The notes under the pieces are model-generated. The model worked only from the letters and a program-made list of their open reading frames with translations. It was not told the origin of the DNA and made no database searches. From the NCBI GenBank assembly GCA_048013815.1, contig CM106585.1, positions 22,568,001 to 22,632,000 of the forward strand: a DNA stretch of 64,000 bases, read 5' to 3'. Source of the stretch: Setoptus koraiensis. Its lineage: Eukaryota > Animalia > Arthropoda. Both the position numbers and the translations under genes were made by a program. Shown here piece after piece: positions 21,975 to 35,109 of this stretch (positions are counted from its first letter, which is position 1; the number at the start of each line of letters is the position of its first letter).

Positions 21975-23786
21975 ATGGTTTCATCTAAATTAATCAAAAT
22001 TGGTACTCCATTTGCCCGGACATCATTGTTGGCCCTCAGTGTTGCATTGATGGTAAGATAGTCAACAGTTTTTCACTCAAACACACATTAAAAAGCAAGC
22101 ACAATTTAGATTATTAGTTAGAAAAGTTACAACATACATTAGGATATTCTCGGAGTTTATTATTCACCAGAAAGGCTAAGCCTGTCATCGTGAGAAGAAT
22201 ACCAACTATATAAAACTCAATACTAAAACTGCAAACAAGAATGATAAAATTTACAACTATGATGAACATTTTCTATTTTCTTTCTCTCGTTTCATCTCTT
22301 CTTCAACATATACATTCATAAACTTTTATTTTCTACTTACATTGCTTTATACTAACAATGTAGATAAATGCCGTCTGCCTAATATTGGCTGCCTGGCAAT
22401 ACCCGTATCTTATTGGGCACGATGAAGATTTCTATCTGGAATCTATTAGGACAATATCCATAATATTTATATGTATTGGCGCGGGCGCACTTGTCACAGC
22501 AATATCCGGTTCTATAGTATCGAATAGGTATGATAATAATTTTTTACTTGTGGTGAGTATTATAGCCCCAGTATGACGTGGTCAGTTGAGCTAGTGTTGC
22601 CTATCTAAAATGACTAGCCTATTCACTCATTAAACAATCCTGATTTTTGTCATGAAATTCAATTTATGTGCAAATTGCCGTTGATGATCACACAAAAGCA
22701 TGCCGGATTAACTGCCATATTTCTTCCGGTGCTGATATTGGTCTTTTTTGGATCATTGTCAGCTCGTTACAAAGTTAGTATTCTATCCAACTGCATGCAA
22801 ATGTCTCAATCTTTTGATTACAAACTAATATCTCATCGTTTGTCATCATAGCCCAAAGAACATGAACACGATTATGAAAGTATGATAATCAATTATAAAT
22901 TGGTAATTAGTAACGATTCAAGTTTACCATTGACCACAACATTTAAAACAAATGGACCCCATTCGGAACTGGTGATAAACCGGAAACTATATCACCCTAG
23001 CGCTATAGATGCAATTCAGTCTAATTTCACTTGTTGTGGTTTAGATTCTTCCAAGGATTGGATTGATCGTTGGCAAGGTTTTATTCCAGCAACATGTTGC
23101 AAGAAACCTGAGACGAACGAAAATGACAAATGGTCCAACTTGTTTAAAGTAGCACCAGACTATAAGTTCTCCTATTGTAAAGAGGAACAATCTTATCAGG
23201 TATCCATGAAGACGAGATGATTATTACGTTAATCAGTTTATATATATAATAACGTTTATGATATTACGTCAAAAATGATGGTTATTAATTTAAGATGTCT
23301 TTTCTTTCCTGTCATCCTTCCTGCTGAAACACAACACAATTTTAAAAATAGTTAGGCTGCCTATTGGCCATGAAAGAGCATGTTAATGGGAAATATTCTT
23401 GGATAAAAGATTTGATGGTGATAATGATTGTTATCATTGTTGGTGAGACTATTGACTCATTCCTATTGTTTGGCTTAACTAAATCAGATAAAGAATATGA
23501 GAATACAACAGGCGATTTATCTATGATTGGAGCTATGGCAACCATGCAGCATAGAGCAAGCCAACCGACGATCATCGGCATGAAATCTCGTCCATCAGTA
23601 GTGTTTTCATTAGCAAATGCACCATCATCATCTGAGCAATTGTTTTCCGCTAGATTACAAGCCATAAGGGCCAATCTAAATAGTAACGAAGGACACATAG
23701 GGCATACTTATGCCGGCTCTCGACCATCAATATCAGGTCCATCAAAATTTTCTCCAGCGGCCAGAAGAGATAGTTCGTTTATTTAG
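21975..23786 (+). CDS. Tetraspanin-family protein, 5 exons: 21975..22052, 22364..22552, 22699..22773, 22852..23199, 23352..23786
   Basis: Large-loop motifs DAIQSNFTCCG, IPATCC and LGC, four hydrophobic segments, and GT-AG introns that are all phase 0 and keep frame. The exon 3 acceptor is the weakest call. Confidence 0.75.
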
Positions 23787-26239
23787 TCTAATTGATGTTT
23801 AACGAAATTAACAATTGTAATTACAATACAACACAAGCGCTTGCATGTTTAAGCTGAGAAAATCACCACAATAAATCGTATAATAGTAACCTTACAGTTG
23901 TACAGTTGGTTGGTAAATCTCAATTAATGCCATGATAGATAATGTCGCAATGTTGATGATTGTATTGACAATTTGACTCTTTCATTACAAACAGGAACCT
24001 CGATCGTCTCATTCGTCGTTGCGTCTATTGAGTCAACTTAATTTTATCGCCGACGATATGTATTAGTTGATATGTGCATTGAAGATGTGTGATCAATCTG
24101 TTCAAAGGGATCGCTCTTGAAGGAAATGTTCTAAAAGCAACGATGCATACGTTATTAAATTATTGTGTTACCTATTCAGAGCAGCAAGCTTTGAATAGAC
24201 ACAACAATTTATTGAAATATTGACAGTCGAAAGAGGGCATGATATTAGAAATCGTCTTCACATAGTTAGGTTATAGTAGCCGCCATTACTAAAGCAACAG
24301 ACTGTTGTTCTAACAAGAGTGATAGATGTCTATACACCTCGACTGTAGTTTGCTGTTTCATTATTATTGTCATCGTTTGAGCGCATTACATTGCATTAAT
24401 TAGGAAACTAATTACCAAATAGTTTGATTTTAGATTAGATCCGATGGTGAACAAGTCTATGTCAAAGTGGATCTCATTCACTTTTAGCTACGCAACTGAT
24501 ACACACACAACAAATTCAATTTGATATTATTGATTGATCTATACAATAATTCTGATATGGCTAGATAAACAAAGCAGATATTTTTATCAAAGAACAACGT
24601 TGAACTCTCCCTCTATAATATAATTGATTGATATTCTGCTACGGAAACTGTAACAATGTGATAGATTCATCATGCTTTATTTTGTCTCTAGTGTTCCTAG
24701 CAATAGAGATTTACTATTCAATGCTTGTGATGTGTCTATTGTGATTATTCTATAGTAACGCTGTCCTCTATGATAACTTTTCTGAAGAATTCATCATTTT
24801 CACGCTGGTTTCTATTCTATCATTGTATCGATTATGCTGTGACCAGGACAACAAGCAATTAGAACTACCAAATAACTGATATTATCTGTTGTTTATACCA
24901 TGATTGTTTAAAGATAGAAATCATTGAGCATGTGTACGGTAAATATCTGTAAGAGGACACATAGACAAACTACCTTTGTAGGAGCAGTGATCAGTTGAGG
25001 CAACAAAGTTGCGTCTATCTCGATATATGTGTGTCTATCAAAAATAACTGCAAGTCGATATAATAATAAATATCTGGAACGATGATATGCACATATATAA
25101 TATGGGTGCTAATATTTATATTATCACCCAGCGTATGCCTACAACTATACGCACGTAACTATATAAATAAATAAATGAATCTTGTTATCAATAAATAAAT
25201 ATATGATAACAACAGTATTGCACATGTCGAGTTGTTCCCATTGTAGTGAAGTATATAGTGTATAATATATAGTATTTATGTGTAAGTGTATTGAGTTCAA
25301 TGTTCAATAGTGTCTAATGTTCATCAGTTTACTGTTTAATGGGACACAGACACACATCTCACTGTTGGAATTAGAATTAGGCTTGAGTCCAATAAAAGTA
25401 TATCACAATTAAAAAGTTGAGCACCAGTCACGGTTTACAATAGAATGAGCATAGCCAAGCCAGCAATAGTTAGTTAGTAAGTTAGTTGTGAGCTGGTGAT
25501 TCTAGTTTAGTCTTATTACTATTGATCCATCATTATGGCAATTGTAATACATGTAAGATTTGAGATTTGTCCATAAATCTACTATTAGTTGTAGTTTTCA
25601 TCGTTGGTTCATTTACAGTTTTAGTTAGGTGGCTGTTTAGTTAGTTGAAATTCAAGTCAAAATAGTTGTTACCATTAGTCAGCAATTGCTAGTTGTTTAA
25701 GTTAATCGCATATATATATCAAAAAATAGTCATTGGTTACTCGACAGCCATGATAATAGCGTGTAGCAAAATAATATTATAGTTAGTTAGTAGCGACATT
25801 ATAACCAACATTATAATTCATGATTGAAGCTCATTGCTTCACTGTTGGTTCATTGAGATTAATATTTGCAACACACATTATCTAATATCAGCTTAATCAT
25901 CGTCATTATCATCATAGATTTATTGATCAGATCAATACACCAAGCGACGATATCTGGATTGATGTCAGCACCATGATTTTCAATGACTTTACGCAGTTTC
26001 CTTAAGATTGTTTGTTCAAATTCAACTAATTACTAATTTACATAGAGAAAATAGCAATATATTTTCAGTTGTTTGCATATTTGCCTGATTACGTGATTGA
26101 GCTAATTAGACAAATACACAATTGTTATATTAGATTGGTTATACAGCAATACATTATCTAGCAATCAACAGGTGCAAATAACAGAAATTATATCCAAAAA
26201 AATAAAATAGAAGAAGCGAGTTAAAACAAGCGACCAAAT

Positions 26240-27550
26240 ATGGATATATTTGGCTCGTTACGTTCGGCTATTAAAATAGACAAAGTGAGTCGAGATAATG
26301 CAATATTCAAGCTGCATTATAAAGCGACCACATTATTTTTGATAGGATGCTCTGCATTAGTGGCAAGTAGACAGCACTTTGGTGACCCCATAGATTGTAT
26401 ACAGCGAGATGACATACCAAATGATATAATGGACACCTATTGTTGGATCCATGCGACTTTTACATTACCGGCAGCTTATAATTTGACGGTGGGCGATGAG
26501 GTGAGAACAGTTAACAATAATTATCACTGACTGATATTTCTCATAATTAATAGATCAATTAGTTATAATGGATAAACAATTCATGCAAGAATTTGATAAA
26601 CACAGGTACCGCATCCAGGTATAGATAAGTACACGCCTGGCGAGGAACGAACTTATCATAAATATTATCAATGGGTCTATTTTGTATTATTCTTCCAGGC
26701 TGTGTGCTTTTACACTCCTCGTTATTTGTGGAAAACATGGGAAGACCAACGTCTCCAAAATGTTGTTTTAAGGCTCAAGAATCCCATTTTAAAAGATAGC
26801 GAGAGAAATGATGATATCAGAGAGATCGCACTTTACCTGAAGAGAACCCAAGGCAACAATCAATTATATTTTAGATATTTTATATTTTGTGAGACATTGA
26901 ATTTCTTCAATGTTATTTTTCAAATGTATCTAGTGGATGCATTCTTGGGTGGCAGCTTTACAACTTATGGCTTTGATGTAATACGTTATAGTGAAATGGA
27001 ACAAGATCAACGCTTCGATCCAATGATAAGAATATTCCCTAGAATGACCAAGTGTACATTTCATCGATATGGTTCGTCTGGTGACGTTCAGAGGCATGAC
27101 TCACTGTGCATATTGCCATTGAATATTATAAATGAAAAAATCTATATATTTATGTGGTTCTGGTTTGTATTCTTGGGCATTTTAAGCGGAGCCATGCTAA
27201 TATATAGAGCATTCACTGTACTCAATGATAATTTCCGTCACAAAGTTATGTCAAAGCGTGCACGTTTTGCCGATCGAAAGTATCTTAGTGAAGTAATGGA
27301 TGATTGCGATTGTAATGATTGGTTCCTATTATACATGGTGTGCAAGAATTTAGATCCGCTTCATTTCAAACATTTAATCAAAGAGCTGGCAAAAAACACG
27401 AAAGAAAATGGACCAGAAGAAAAAATAAGCCCTCAAAATAAAAACAATTTGCAAGATAAAAAGTCAAATGGTTCAATTGATTCAGATGATGAATCAAAAA
27501 AGTTAATAAAGAACCAAAACGCTTACGAGATGCCACAGCAAACGGAATAA
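26240..27550 (+). CDS. inx2: Innexin (inx2-like), join(26240..26500,26606..27550), 401 aa
   Basis: DNAIFKLHYKAT, RQHFGDPIDC, YCWIHATF, HKYYQWV, FPRMTKCTFHRYGSSG, CILPLNIINEKIYIFMWFW. Splice GAG|GTGAGA...ACACAG|GTA. Confidence 0.93.
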
Positions 27551-30529
27551 ACAATCTTTATGACCCTTGTCTGTTGGTAAAAGTGAAATATTTAAATTGG
27601 CCTGAGGACTATTAGCAGCTCAACAACAATTTCAACCAATTACAGCATATTTAGCTTAAGTACAGTTAAGATTGGTTGGTTCAATATTTAGATTACAAAT
27701 ATTCAATTGCAGAACAACATTTAATCGCCAATTATCAATAAATCCTATTTGTGAAATTTACTCTGACACACTTGGTAAGGTAACGATGCGACAATGGATA
27801 ATAAAATAAAATTTAATTGTTTATTTGTAATGCCATGTGGACCATGGATAACGATGAACAATGCCATGCCAACGCAAAACTAATTGTTGCATTTGCATTT
27901 GTTCTGGCCAATCTATCATCATGATCATCGTGATCTATCATAATTAATGCTCATCTCGAGGAATTATGATTTGTTCTTACGTCTATAACAGACGGTCTGT
28001 TACAATTGGGTTCATTAATGGCTACAATAGATGTTGCCAATAGTAGATGTACATGCACATTGGTCTGCATGATCGCTCGTTCGTCGGGCAATTCGGCTCG
28101 AGTTGCCAGTTGAACAATATCCACTGTCTCATTATAAGTGGCGATCTTTTGCCAACATGCTATGTGTCAGAAGCTCGACGGGTTCCACTCACCACAGATT
28201 GTGTTCAGAAGTGTTCACCTTGATGAGAGTATCAGCAGCTTTGTATCTCAACTTTTCATATAAAAAAACCATTGCAAATTGTCGCAAAGTGTGATGTAAA
28301 GCGACAATCCGGTGCTACATGTGACTATTGTCGGCAATGAATGGCGAGCAGCATGATTTGAGTAAATTTGCAATAGTATAGTTGCATTTAAGGTGAACGT
28401 TGCAGTAGATAGTGGTGGTTGGTTGAAAATAGTGTGCTGTTTGCATTACCTGTTGGTGCAAGCAGACACAAGGTGGCAGTTGAAAAGTGTGTCAGGTGGT
28501 GACTGATTCAACGGCGACGGCTGCAGCCAACAGTTTAATTGATAGGTGGTGCACCTACAAACTGATAAGTGCAGCACCTGCTTTGTCAGTCAGTCGAAAC
28601 AGTGCCGATTGGACTGGACATTGGCAACACATGGTGTTGTTGTTGTTTCTGGTTCATGCGTACGGTTGGTTAATGGTGGTCAATGATTAACAGTGACAGT
28701 TGGTGGCATCTACATAAAACGAGCGATTCTTTAATGTGTCGTTGAAACAAAACAAAGTCAGTTCCGCCGACAACCGCTATGCACCACTTTTAATGCTAAT
28801 ATAATACAAGGCAAGCTGTGATTAAATGTCGGCCAGCTTGACCGATCGCACATGCCGCTTTTCCAATGATATAGCTCGAGTCGCAAGACAAAAGATTGTT
28901 TATTGAGAGCTGATTAATGAACAAATGAAGCACACTTATCTACTCATTGCTCAGGCAGCACGCGTTTGGGCACGCGAATTTGATTGATAAAGATAAAATA
29001 TCATTACTGCAACGCCGTATCACTGGTTAGCAATGGTGCCAGCTTGCGATAATTGTTGCAGCAAAGGTGCACCAGGTGTTGGTGCACACACAATCGTTGG
29101 TGCGGCCAATGTTGGTTGTTGGTGTTGCTGGCACGCACATTCAGCTTGACCACATGGCCACTTCGCGCACCCCCACAGCTGAGCATGGCCGCCCGTTGTA
29201 CTTGACGGGGCGAGTGATGAAAATGGAGGAATATTCGACAGACGGTGCAGAGTTTAAAGGTTAAAACTGGCACGATTATCGGTTAGATTGTGATGCGGCC
29301 AACTGGCACAAGTTGCCGCTAGGCAGGTTTGCCTAAAAATGCAAAAGCCAGCAACAGGCATGACATAGAATGTGCGACATCTGCTGTTCCATGACCAATG
29401 GTCAATTGCGCTGCCGTGCCACTGTCTTGTTTGCCATACCATTGCATTATAACACCACCACACAATACAAATGCTCGTAAGCCAACCTTGTACTTGCATA
29501 TTAGCGTACACTGCATGCTGGCTGGATAGCATGTTGTGCACATATAAACAGATGTTGTTTTACTTTTTTCAATTCAACGCCAATTGGTTGCCGGTTGGTC
29601 GAGCGGGCGGGCCGGTCGGTCGGTCGGTCGCGAACTGATTAGAGTTACGTTGTTGTTGCTGGCGCCGTGCATGCGCTAAAACTTGAGGACAACAATCCAA
29701 CCGAACCAGTCAACTGGGTCCATCAGAGATACACAACTTTTGCTCTACTCCAGCCTCTGGAGAGCAGTGTTCGGTGTGCTGGTAACCGGCGCTCGCAAAC
29801 GGTTCACTTTTGGCAGTTCTATGCTATATAAGTATGGTATACTAACAATTGTTAATATGGTTTCGTTTGTATTGGCTCAGTTGGCGTGAGCCGCCGCTTG
29901 TGAGTGGTAGTTGCATGCTGAAGCCGGCAGCGAGTGGCACGCTTGTGCGCGTGCACATCACCGACAGCTGTCGGCCATGAATTATCGAATGCCACTAAAC
30001 GAGTGCCACAAACGGTAGTGTTGCCAATGCAAAATACAGGGGCCGCTCACTATCGGTCACTGGTACTGCGATAATGGCTGCGCTTACTCCTATCATAGGA
30101 GTCCTATGAGTGGCGCAGGCTATGACTGCTGGCTGCATCGTTTGCCCTTCCTGTTGCTCGCATTTGGATTTAATTTGAATACACAACAATTTGGGGGCAG
30201 CAGCGGCAGCCTCCCTTGCGTGTGTCGGTCGCACTTTTATAGTTTAGTTTATGTCATAGCCCGTTTTACGTGTGTGTTCGCTTGTTTGTGCGCACGCCGG
30301 TTGTGCGCATGCAACCAGTTGGCTGCACAAGCAAATTCGATTTCGAACTTTTGCTCACCGAAATCGAACACAATCAAAATCGAACCTCCAGCGACCGGTT
30401 GTGTCTGAATAGCAACCGCCATAGCACACACACACACACACACACACGCGCTCACCATTAGCGACACATATTACATCAGTTAGATTTAGATCACAAGCGG
30501 TGAACTCAACTGCTGAAACAAATTCAACA

Positions 30530-33500
30530 ATGTCCATTTATAAGAAGATAATTGATTCAACGGCATCGGCCAGCAGCAATCATTACAGTCGCTTGAGTAG
30601 CCAGTCGACACTGCAGTCGTTAGATGCCAACATCAACAGCAATCACGATCAACAAACTGCAACTCATTTCAACAAACGACAACCCTTGGCAACGCGAACA
30701 ATGTCGCCACAATTTCTCACTTCTGCCAGCCATACTAAGGCAAACAAATCACGCACCACCAACGATAATTACAATCACCATCTAACCATGAGAAACGAAA
30801 CAAGCAACTTCCGTTTGGACAACAACAAATCAGCTTACAATGGCATATTTACTTCGCTGTCTTCCGTTGGAACAAACCAATCAAACGATCCAGTTCTAAG
30901 CAGATGGCTCAACGAGATGCGCCTCGAAGCTGATGCCGAATGTTGCGCTTATCTAATACATCGAACTGTTGCAATAGACAAGTGCTCATTAGATGCGTTG
31001 AGTATCAGAAATTCACATTTGATTATACAGCTAATGCGAACACAATCACGCAAAGTGTTACAGTTAATTGATAACCTCATTGACCAATTACCATTGACTT
31101 CGCTCGATATGGAAACGTTTGCCGAACAATTCAGTTATATTTGGCGCAAAATTGACCAATTATCCCGCCATTCAACATTAATACCATCGGCTACCACCAA
31201 TGATCAAATCGTTGTCAATATGAACATCAATAATAATTATCACCATGCCACACAACAAACTAATCAGCCTTGTAGATCACCCACCACGCAAAATCTGGTT
31301 GCCAGACCATTGGATACAACCAGACGATTATGTTTGCAATTTGCAAAGTTATTACAACACTATCAAGAGCCCAACTACAATCAAAGTATACAAAACGCAA
31401 CCATTGAATCGTCATTGAGAAAGATAAAAGAGGTATTTGGGGAACTCATTGATATTTGTATCAGAATTGAATGTAATGAAATAGTTAAAGCACTAACAAT
31501 AACCACAGAACAACCAGCTATAGTTAATGGAGGGATTCAAAATTACTATCACAGTACGAATTATACTGCATCGACTTGTGATCAGCGCAACATCAACAAT
31601 ATAATACAACAACAATTAGCTCCACCATCACCGGTATATAGTGGTAGCAGTGGTTATGGGGGTTATTCTTGTGCAATTAGTGGCAACGATCTCGATCACG
31701 TCAACAGTAATACCAACAACAAAACAACTAACAACAATTATGGTCCTCAACAGAATAAATGTTTTTACAATGGAGAAGATATATATCATGAATCCAGTCA
31801 GTACAATAGACGGTATGCGACTATAGACTGTAATGTTGACCACCAGACCGACAATAATGAACATGCTCATCGTGTGCAACTGTTTGCATCAGCTAAAACG
31901 CAATTGTCATTGAAATGGTCACTAATAGCATTATGGCAGCTTACAAAAGATGACAGCTATATTTGTAGAATATTAGTAGAGAAACCATTTAAAGTATCTA
32001 ATATTCGTAACAATCTATCGTGTTTGAAGGAACCCTATCCGTTAGATTATTCTACAAAAAATATCAATAGGCCGGAGCACTCAATTACAACCATTGAAAG
32101 ACTTCTCGATATTATAGTAAATCAGCCCAATCAACATGAGAGATTAGATTTGATGAATTTCATGCATGCACAAGCGAAGAATAACAAATTGATAGATCTG
32201 GATGAGATTGACCAAAGTGTGGATGAGGCCATTTATACGAGCAATCAATTCAAAGTGGCAGCTTTAGTTATATTGAATCACTTATGCGTCAACGACAAAG
32301 CCATTAAAACAATATTGAAATGCTTATCTACATCACCACCGTCACATGATTGCCCTGAGCCAGAAAATAGAATTATCAAGTCTATATTTGGGGATTGTCA
32401 CAGTTCAAAACAAAAGAGAATGCCTATATATCAAAACCATGCTGTTCTTACAACCAAGCGTAAGCGCAGCGATTCTGATCAGGCCAAATTCATTGATGAA
32501 GGCGTAGAGAATGACTACAGTGACAATTGCAATTATAATACTGTCTCAGAGGACGACGACTGTCATGAGGATGAAAATCACGAAGAGAATGATGATCCAG
32601 TTGTCAGAGAAGCCCTGCGTCTCCTAGTGCAATTGACTGCCCCATTCATAGATGATACCACGAAGCACGATTATTATTCTCTCATTGGTCGACAATCCAT
32701 TGAGTTGATCATCAAGCATCTAACAAATATTATCCGATCGTCGAAGAGTAAGGACATGATATTACTGGCTGCAGCGACGCTCGCACATATATCATTTGTA
32801 TCTATAGAGCCGATAGTCAAATACGAAACAAATGCATTACTATTGAAAACAATCAAAACTTTCAGATCTATTCTATTGGACTTGAATATAAGGGATCAGC
32901 TAGTCACAATACTTGCTAATACAGCTGCAAAATATCCTCTTGAGGTTGTCAGTAGTGGAGGACTTATATTTTTACTATCGAGTTTACAGAGTTGTCCTTT
33001 TAAGATGGCGAAATTCAGTCCGAGACCTTCGAAAAGAGTTCAAGATTGCGATGATACTGCTACACTAGTTGATCGTAACATCAACCTAGTTAACAACATG
33101 GCAAGACGCCGAGAGCCTATTGCTTGCTCTGAGTTGACTGATGAAGCGGACGTTTTAATTCATTCCGATTGTGACCAAGATCATGGAGGTGGAAGTTGCG
33201 TAAAAAATATGGACCCAAAGATTATACCGATATTCGAAAGGATACACCAGAAAGTAGTCGTTGCTTTAGCTAGATTGTCCGCCAATAAGAGTGCAGCGCA
33301 TTTGATCGCAAAACTCGGTGGTATCAAGCGGATGATCGAGCTCTGTCACGATATCGAACAACGGAATCACAGTGACACAGTGCTGAAGGCCTGCATCGCT
33401 GCTCTGAGAGTTATGGCGAAGGCAATAGGTAATACGCACCCATTCGAATTTTATCACGCACTCGACTTGATTGAACTAGATTTTGAGAAAGCATTTGCTA

Positions 33501-33535
33501 TATACAAAACACCTCAGACTGAATCACAAGTATAG
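30530..33535 (+). CDS. insc: Inscuteable-like spindle-orientation adaptor, single coding exon (~1001 aa from the first ATG)
   Basis: The N-terminal motif PVLSRWLNEMRLEADAEC resembles the Pins/LGN-binding segment. Armadillo-like C-terminus ERIHQKVVVALARLS...GGIKRMIELC...RNHSDTVLKACIAALR. PDZ-type end ESQV. Confidence 0.82.
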   Translation: MSIYKKIIDSTASASSNHYSRLSSQSTLQSLDANINSNHDQQTATHFNKRQPLATRTMSPQFLTSASHTKANKSRTTNDNYNHHLTMRNETSNFRLDNNKSAYNGIFTSLSSVGTNQSNDPVLSRWLNEMRLEADAECCAYLIHRTVAIDKCSLDALSIRNSHLIIQLMRTQSRKVLQLIDNLIDQLPLTSLDMETFAEQFSYIWRKIDQLSRHSTLIPSATTNDQIVVNMNINNNYHHATQQTNQPCRSPTTQNLVARPLDTTRRLCLQFAKLLQHYQEPNYNQSIQNATIESSLRKIKEVFGELIDICIRIECNEIVKALTITTEQPAIVNGGIQNYYHSTNYTASTCDQRNINNIIQQQLAPPSPVYSGSSGYGGYSCAISGNDLDHVNSNTNNKTTNNNYGPQQNKCFYNGEDIYHESSQYNRRYATIDCNVDHQTDNNEHAHRVQLFASAKTQLSLKWSLIALWQLTKDDSYICRILVEKPFKVSNIRNNLSCLKEPYPLDYSTKNINRPEHSITTIERLLDIIVNQPNQHERLDLMNFMHAQAKNNKLIDLDEIDQSVDEAIYTSNQFKVAALVILNHLCVNDKAIKTILKCLSTSPPSHDCPEPENRIIKSIFGDCHSSKQKRMPIYQNHAVLTTKRKRSDSDQAKFIDEGVENDYSDNCNYNTVSEDDDCHEDENHEENDDPVVREALRLLVQLTAPFIDDTTKHDYYSLIGRQSIELIIKHLTNIIRSSKSKDMILLAAATLAHISFVSIEPIVKYETNALLLKTIKTFRSILLDLNIRDQLVTILANTAAKYPLEVVSSGGLIFLLSSLQSCPFKMAKFSPRPSKRVQDCDDTATLVDRNINLVNNMARRREPIACSELTDEADVLIHSDCDQDHGGGSCVKNMDPKIIPIFERIHQKVVVALARLSANKSAAHLIAKLGGIKRMIELCHDIEQRNHSDTVLKACIAALRVMAKAIGNTHPFEFYHALDLIELDFEKAFAIYKTPQTESQV

Positions 33536-34008
33536 TAGTGTAAAATGTTATATGACTGTTCATGATGATTATGTATTGAATAAATGAGGACGTGTTGCAA
33601 AACGGCCTGTTTTTGAAAAAATTTCGCTGTAGTAGCGTCAACTGTTGCACATTGCTGTCAGAATGGTTTAACAATCGCATGAATTCTAACTCAATAATCG
33701 TTTTTGGTCCAACTAGTTTTTTGTATGGCAGCTTCGATTTTCTTTATCGCAATCCATTTTATCGTTGCTTCCATTTCTGGTTTCTGTACACAATAACTAG
33801 AGCAAGCGAATTCGGTCGAGAGATTTCGACTATTTCTGTCGGCTCCCTGATATATTCAGAGTATTTCTGAGTGATTCGGGAGTGCAGAAACTTCCGGTTC
33901 TAATAAAACTTCAAGATAGAGGCTTGAAACTCGAGACTTCGAAACAAGTTGCATCGATTACAGTAGTACAGTGTAGTCGTACCCATCGTAAGCGTGAATG
34001 AATTAAGG

Positions 34009-34407
34009 ATGATAAAAGGGCTCACAACTTTCGACTGCGAACATGCCTTTCGAATGAGCAGGCAACCCATTACGAAACTGTACAAGAAAGGGAGAAATAC
34101 AAGATCCTTGAGAAATGTCTCTGCGATTCGGCTCAAACAGAAAATTGGAAGGAAGGGAGCAAGACTATGGCCAATTAGTAGCCCTAGCTTGCCAAATAGA
34201 AAAGATGGCATTGAATTCTCATGCATACATGAATTTGAACCTCTTCATCGCAATCTTCTAAGTTTTGAGGCACCAAAACAAATTGTGACCGAGATGGGCA
34301 ACAGATCAAAGGAATGTGGAGTTGCAAAAAGGCAGATTGATTATGAAAAAGAGGTCCATAATAAATCGGTACCTTCGAAGCCATTGAGTAGAATGCACCG
34401 AAAATGA
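34009..34407 (+). CDS. Hypothetical Lys/Arg-rich ORF (132 aa)
   Basis: An open frame with an ATG at 34009 and coding-like composition, but no recognisable motif. Confidence 0.25.
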   Translation: MIKGLTTFDCEHAFRMSRQPITKLYKKGRNTRSLRNVSAIRLKQKIGRKGARLWPISSPSLPNRKDGIEFSCIHEFEPLHRNLLSFEAPKQIVTEMGNRSKECGVAKRQIDYEKEVHNKSVPSKPLSRMHRK

Positions 34408-34711
34408 TTTAAAAAGACTTTGGCAGACTTTCACATGGTGGTTGAACGATTGCCGCCGGTCTGGCTTCAATACTGCACTCACAAAGGGCACAGTGACGTT
34501 TTGAGAATTGAGTACGGGTGTGCGGGTGTGCGGATAGTAAGTGGGTGTGTACGGTGAGTGGGGCGTTACGGCACGACACAAGGACATCAACCATTCCATG
34601 GCCAAACTGTTCGAATTAACACATGTTATTAATTGCGTTGTTATTTTCAGATTTGATCGGTAACTCCTTTCTTAGATTTACAGCTTATTCACATCAACAT
34701 CATATTTCAGT

Positions 34712-34993
34712 ATGTCTCGCCAAGACCCCGTAGAAGAGATCAACGAGGCGCTGGAGGCTTGTCTATCGATTCCATCGGAGGAGGCACGAGCATGTGCTGA
34801 TAAAAACATAACAAGATTCATTGAAGCCGCAAGAAGATTAGAAGTTTTCTTTCTCCAAAAACAGCTCCTTCTATCCGGAGGTGAGATAGAAAAAGAAATA
34901 AAACTTTTAGAGGCAGAACTTAAATCCAGGGACGAAGTCATAGCGAGATGTTCAGAAAAATTTAAAGAATGGAAAAATATAACTGACGCTTAA
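34712..34993 (+). CDS. MED28: Mediator subunit 28, minimal form, 93 aa
   Basis: VEEINEALEACL...ITRFIEAARRLEVFFLQKQLLLS...EIKLLEAELKSRDEVI...KEWKNI matches the recalled MED28 core. Confidence 0.8.
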   Translation: MSRQDPVEEINEALEACLSIPSEEARACADKNITRFIEAARRLEVFFLQKQLLLSGGEIEKEIKLLEAELKSRDEVIARCSEKFKEWKNITDA

Positions 34994-35109
34994 CATATAA
35001 TCTGTAAAGTTGATTTTAACTTGAATCTGATCTCATTGTCTTAACAGTGCCGAGGGTTGTCATGATCTCTGAATTATTGCTTATTGTTTACAACTGTGAA
35101 ATCTGTCTA

